NCBI GenBank assembly: GCA_048213135.1
Contig: PS015297.1
Span: 69,116-89,115, forward strand
Source of the DNA: Reclinomonas americana ATCC 50394
Taxonomy: Eukaryota
Direction: 5' to 3'
DNA: 20,000 nt
Position numbers and translations under genes: made by a program. Shown in pieces: positions 19,401-20,000 of the stretch (the stretch's first letter is position 1; each line of letters begins with the position of its first letter). The notes under the pieces are model-generated. The model saw only the letters and a program-made list of their open reading frames with translations. It had not been told where the DNA came from and made no database searches.

Positions 19401-20000
19401 TCCTGTACATTGCTGATGCTACCGTTGGCGTCAAACAACTCGATCTCAACACCATGCTGGTCTCAATTGTCTCAGCGCCTGCGCTGACTGTTGGCCCAGT
19501 GGACGGACCATTGACAGACGCCATCGTGCATTCGCCGGTGTGTTCAATTGTATGTAGTTGCAAGTAGTGAGCAGTTGCTTTGCGCGTATTTGGTTGTGCA
19601 CCTGTCAGTCTTGTTGGTCCATCGCGAGCAGGCATCGCCATCTATGTGGGCCAGTTAGGGTCTGCACACAGTATTGTGATTCAGTGTCTTTTGCTGAGTC
19701 GTGCTTCACATTTACAGTTTGGCATGTACTTGGCGCAAGGCAATCTACTCTATGTGACCGGTGAGTTGAAAAATGTGTTGTCCATCTTTACAACTACACT
19801 TCCACTTATCGGATCTCTTTCCATCAGAATATCTCGTGTCTACAGGTTTGGGTCACGTTATTCGATTGATCACGCTGCAGCCCAGTGATTGCCGCATCAC
19901 TGCTGGCCCATCGACAAGCGCGTCTGGATCGACCAGCAGCATCAGTGACGCACTGTCGCAGCTGACGCCTGCATCGGTCAACTATTTCCGTGTGGTGACC
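973..20000 (+). CDS. Giant multi-exon secreted/cell-surface protein with repeated FN3::NHL-propeller modules and IPT/TIG-like Ig repeats; 3'-partial and gap-interrupted
   Basis: Exons bounded by YAG acceptors and GT (one GC) donors splice in frame without stops. Paralogous exons have matching lengths (e.g. 227/47/117/52 nt in modules 1 and 2; 244/59 nt in three Ig-B copies). Branch-point-like CTGAC/CTAAC precede many acceptors (e.g. ~2324, 2459, 4885, 7030, 15253). The gene continues past the window end. Continuity across gaps is inferred. Confidence 0.85.
1390..1985. repeat. Intronic (GA)n tracts (~1390-1421, 1501-1529) followed by (CT)n/pyrimidine tracts (~1687-1735, 1872-1985)
   Basis: Directly visible simple repeats. 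Confidence 0.9.
2040..5231 (+). CDS. Module 1 (type a): split FN3-like domain containing a six-bladed NHL beta-propeller, 432 aa
   Basis: Exons 2040-2266, 2360-2406, 2480-2596, 2691-2742, 4148-4317, 4388-4823, 4908-4947, 5025-5231 (sum 1296 nt). NHL motifs include FDSPVGMTSDARGNLYVADYHNQCIR, FYNPVGLDMD..TLYVGDADNNAVR, FTQPSSIAVD..VLYVGS and VTTIAGTGATGSADG. FN3-like ends are ATTNAATSISTVTATLN..YFEL and LNSGATYYYRAV..GSTLSFT. Confidence 0.85.
3893..4125. repeat. Intronic (CT)n + (CCT)n microsatellite
   Basis: A (CCT)n run at ~4001-4110 flanked by CT repeats, just upstream of the acceptor at 4147. Confidence 0.95.
5643..5688. repeat. Intronic (CT)n microsatellite
   Basis: Direct observation; upstream of the acceptor at 5710. 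Confidence 0.95.
5711..8271 (+). CDS. Module 2 (type b): split FN3-like domain containing a six-bladed NHL beta-propeller, 441 aa
   Basis: Exons 5711-5937, 6033-6079, 6246-6362, 6441-6492, 6697-6857, 7057-7507, 7928-7970, 8047-8271 (sum 1323 nt), with the same intron positions and phases as module 1. Motifs include FNSPRGIAIDLESSTLFVADTANNALR, FNEPAGLVLD and LTPGSVSYFRAV..GSTLSFTT. Confidence 0.85.
6144..6218. repeat. Intronic (GT)n microsatellite
   Basis: Direct observation. Similar (TG)n runs occur at ~13997-14031 and ~15045-15119. Confidence 0.95.
7541..7776. repeat. Compound intronic microsatellite (CT)n-gap-(GTAC)11-(GTC)n-(CT)n
   Basis: Direct observation. Confidence 0.95.
8342..8945 (+). 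CDS. IPT/TIG-like Ig domain subtype A, copy 1 (98 aa)
   Basis: Exons 8342-8579 and 8890-8945: PSVTSFSPSSIIAETSGAQIVLTG..DC..GSYVLC|IQFGG..GTLSV. The start resembles the IPT/TIG P-x-V/I-T-S-x-S-P..V-T-I/L-T-G pattern (by eye). Confidence 0.75.
9057..9512 (+). CDS. IPT/TIG-like Ig domain subtype B, copy 1 (101 aa)
   Basis: Exons 9057-9300 and 9454-9512: VPSADSYTPASITSETTGQSVTVTG..GC..AGQYSVC|YRFNG..LVTV. Confidence 0.75.
9817..10604 (-). CDS. Inverted fragment of a type-a NHL propeller module (blades 2-6, partial)
   Basis: Minus-strand exons 10604-10435, 10369-9931 and 9852-9817 with GT-AG introns. Lengths (170, 439 nt) and sequence match + strand 17784-18579. Flanked on both sides by N-gaps. 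Confidence 0.85.
11096..11147 (+). CDS. 3' end of an FN3-closing exon (VLSDSTAVAGSTLSFTT) of a module otherwise lost in the gap
   Basis: Near-identical to 8220-8271; followed by donor GTTACT at 11148 and an Ig-A exon, as at 8272-8342. Confidence 0.8.
11219..11869 (+). CDS. IPT/TIG-like Ig domain subtype A, copy 2
   Basis: Exons 11219-11456 (238 nt) and 11814-11869 (56 nt), the same lengths as copy 1. Confidence 0.75.
11955..12350 (+). CDS. IPT/TIG-like Ig domain subtype D with a B-like N-terminus (103 aa)
   Basis: Exons 11955-12198 and 12286-12350: VASSDSYSPSY..GGTCTSG..AAGSYLVC|YQYNG..LVVAA. Confidence 0.75.
13096..15201 (+). CDS. Ig block 1: subtypes E-B-C-D (four IPT/TIG-like domains)
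   Basis: E 13096-13318 + 13529-13590; B 13692-13935 + 14055-14113; C 14304-14547 + 14693-14748; D 14832-14990 (cut by gap) + 15137-15201. All junctions are in frame. Confidence 0.8.
14114..14303 (+). other. Probable GC-AG intron with donor GCTGAGT
   Basis: Paralogous 59-nt exons end at the same base (GTC A|gtttcgt at 9513 and 16332). Read-through hits TGA immediately, and the next exon requires phase 1. Confidence 0.75.
15276..17516 (+). CDS. Ig block 2: subtypes E-B-C-D (tandem duplicate of block 1)
   Basis: E 15276-15498 + 15718-15779; B 15877-16120 + 16273-16331; C 16523-16766 + 16910-16965; D 17129-17378 + 17452-17516. Offset from block 1 is about 2.2-2.3 kb. Confidence 0.8.
16352..16413. 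repeat. Intronic (GA)n microsatellite
   Basis: Direct observation. A paralogous tract lies at ~9538-9574 and another GA tract at ~15590-15630. Confidence 0.9.
17586..18579 (+). CDS. FN3::NHL module, type a (partial, gap-interrupted)
   Basis: Exons 17586-17729 (SSATTSAVSSVSTQTATLNGLV..NYFELAVDSADF, cut by gap), 17784-17953, 18027-18465 and 18544-18579; paralogous to module 1. Confidence 0.85.
18840..20000 (+). CDS. FN3::NHL module, type b (partial, continues beyond window)
   Basis: Exons 18840-19000, 19087-19537, 19718-19760 and 19828-20000+. Lengths 161/451/43 nt are identical to module 2 exons. Confidence 0.85.

Overview
Eukaryotic, intron-rich, microsatellite-rich draft-assembly sequence with nine N-gaps, probably from a protist (organism not identifiable from this window). 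Almost the whole window (973 to beyond 20000) is the 5' part of one giant multi-exon + strand gene for a secreted or cell-surface modular protein. I reconstructed about 50 exons by hand from splice sites, frame continuity and paralog exon lengths, giving roughly 2,800 aa. Architecture: signal peptide, then two ~430-440 aa modules in which a complete six-bladed NHL beta-propeller appears inserted inside a bacterial-type FN3 domain, then 12 Cys-containing IPT/TIG-like Ig domains of five subtypes (including a tandemly duplicated E-B-C-D block of ~2.2 kb), and further FN3::NHL modules. One NHL fragment (9817-10630) is inverted between two gaps. Most notable: (1) propeller-inside-FN3 domain insertion; (2) about a quarter of the 5' splice sites have a one-nucleotide-shifted consensus (GTTGCGT/GTTGAGT/GCTGAGT); (3) a propeller copy pair with an identical intron next to strongly diverged exon sequence; (4) frame-symmetric, phase-conserved exon cassettes with mosaic copies. 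Most ORFs in the supplied track are artefacts of introns, microsatellites and N-runs. All splicing is inferred, with no transcript evidence.
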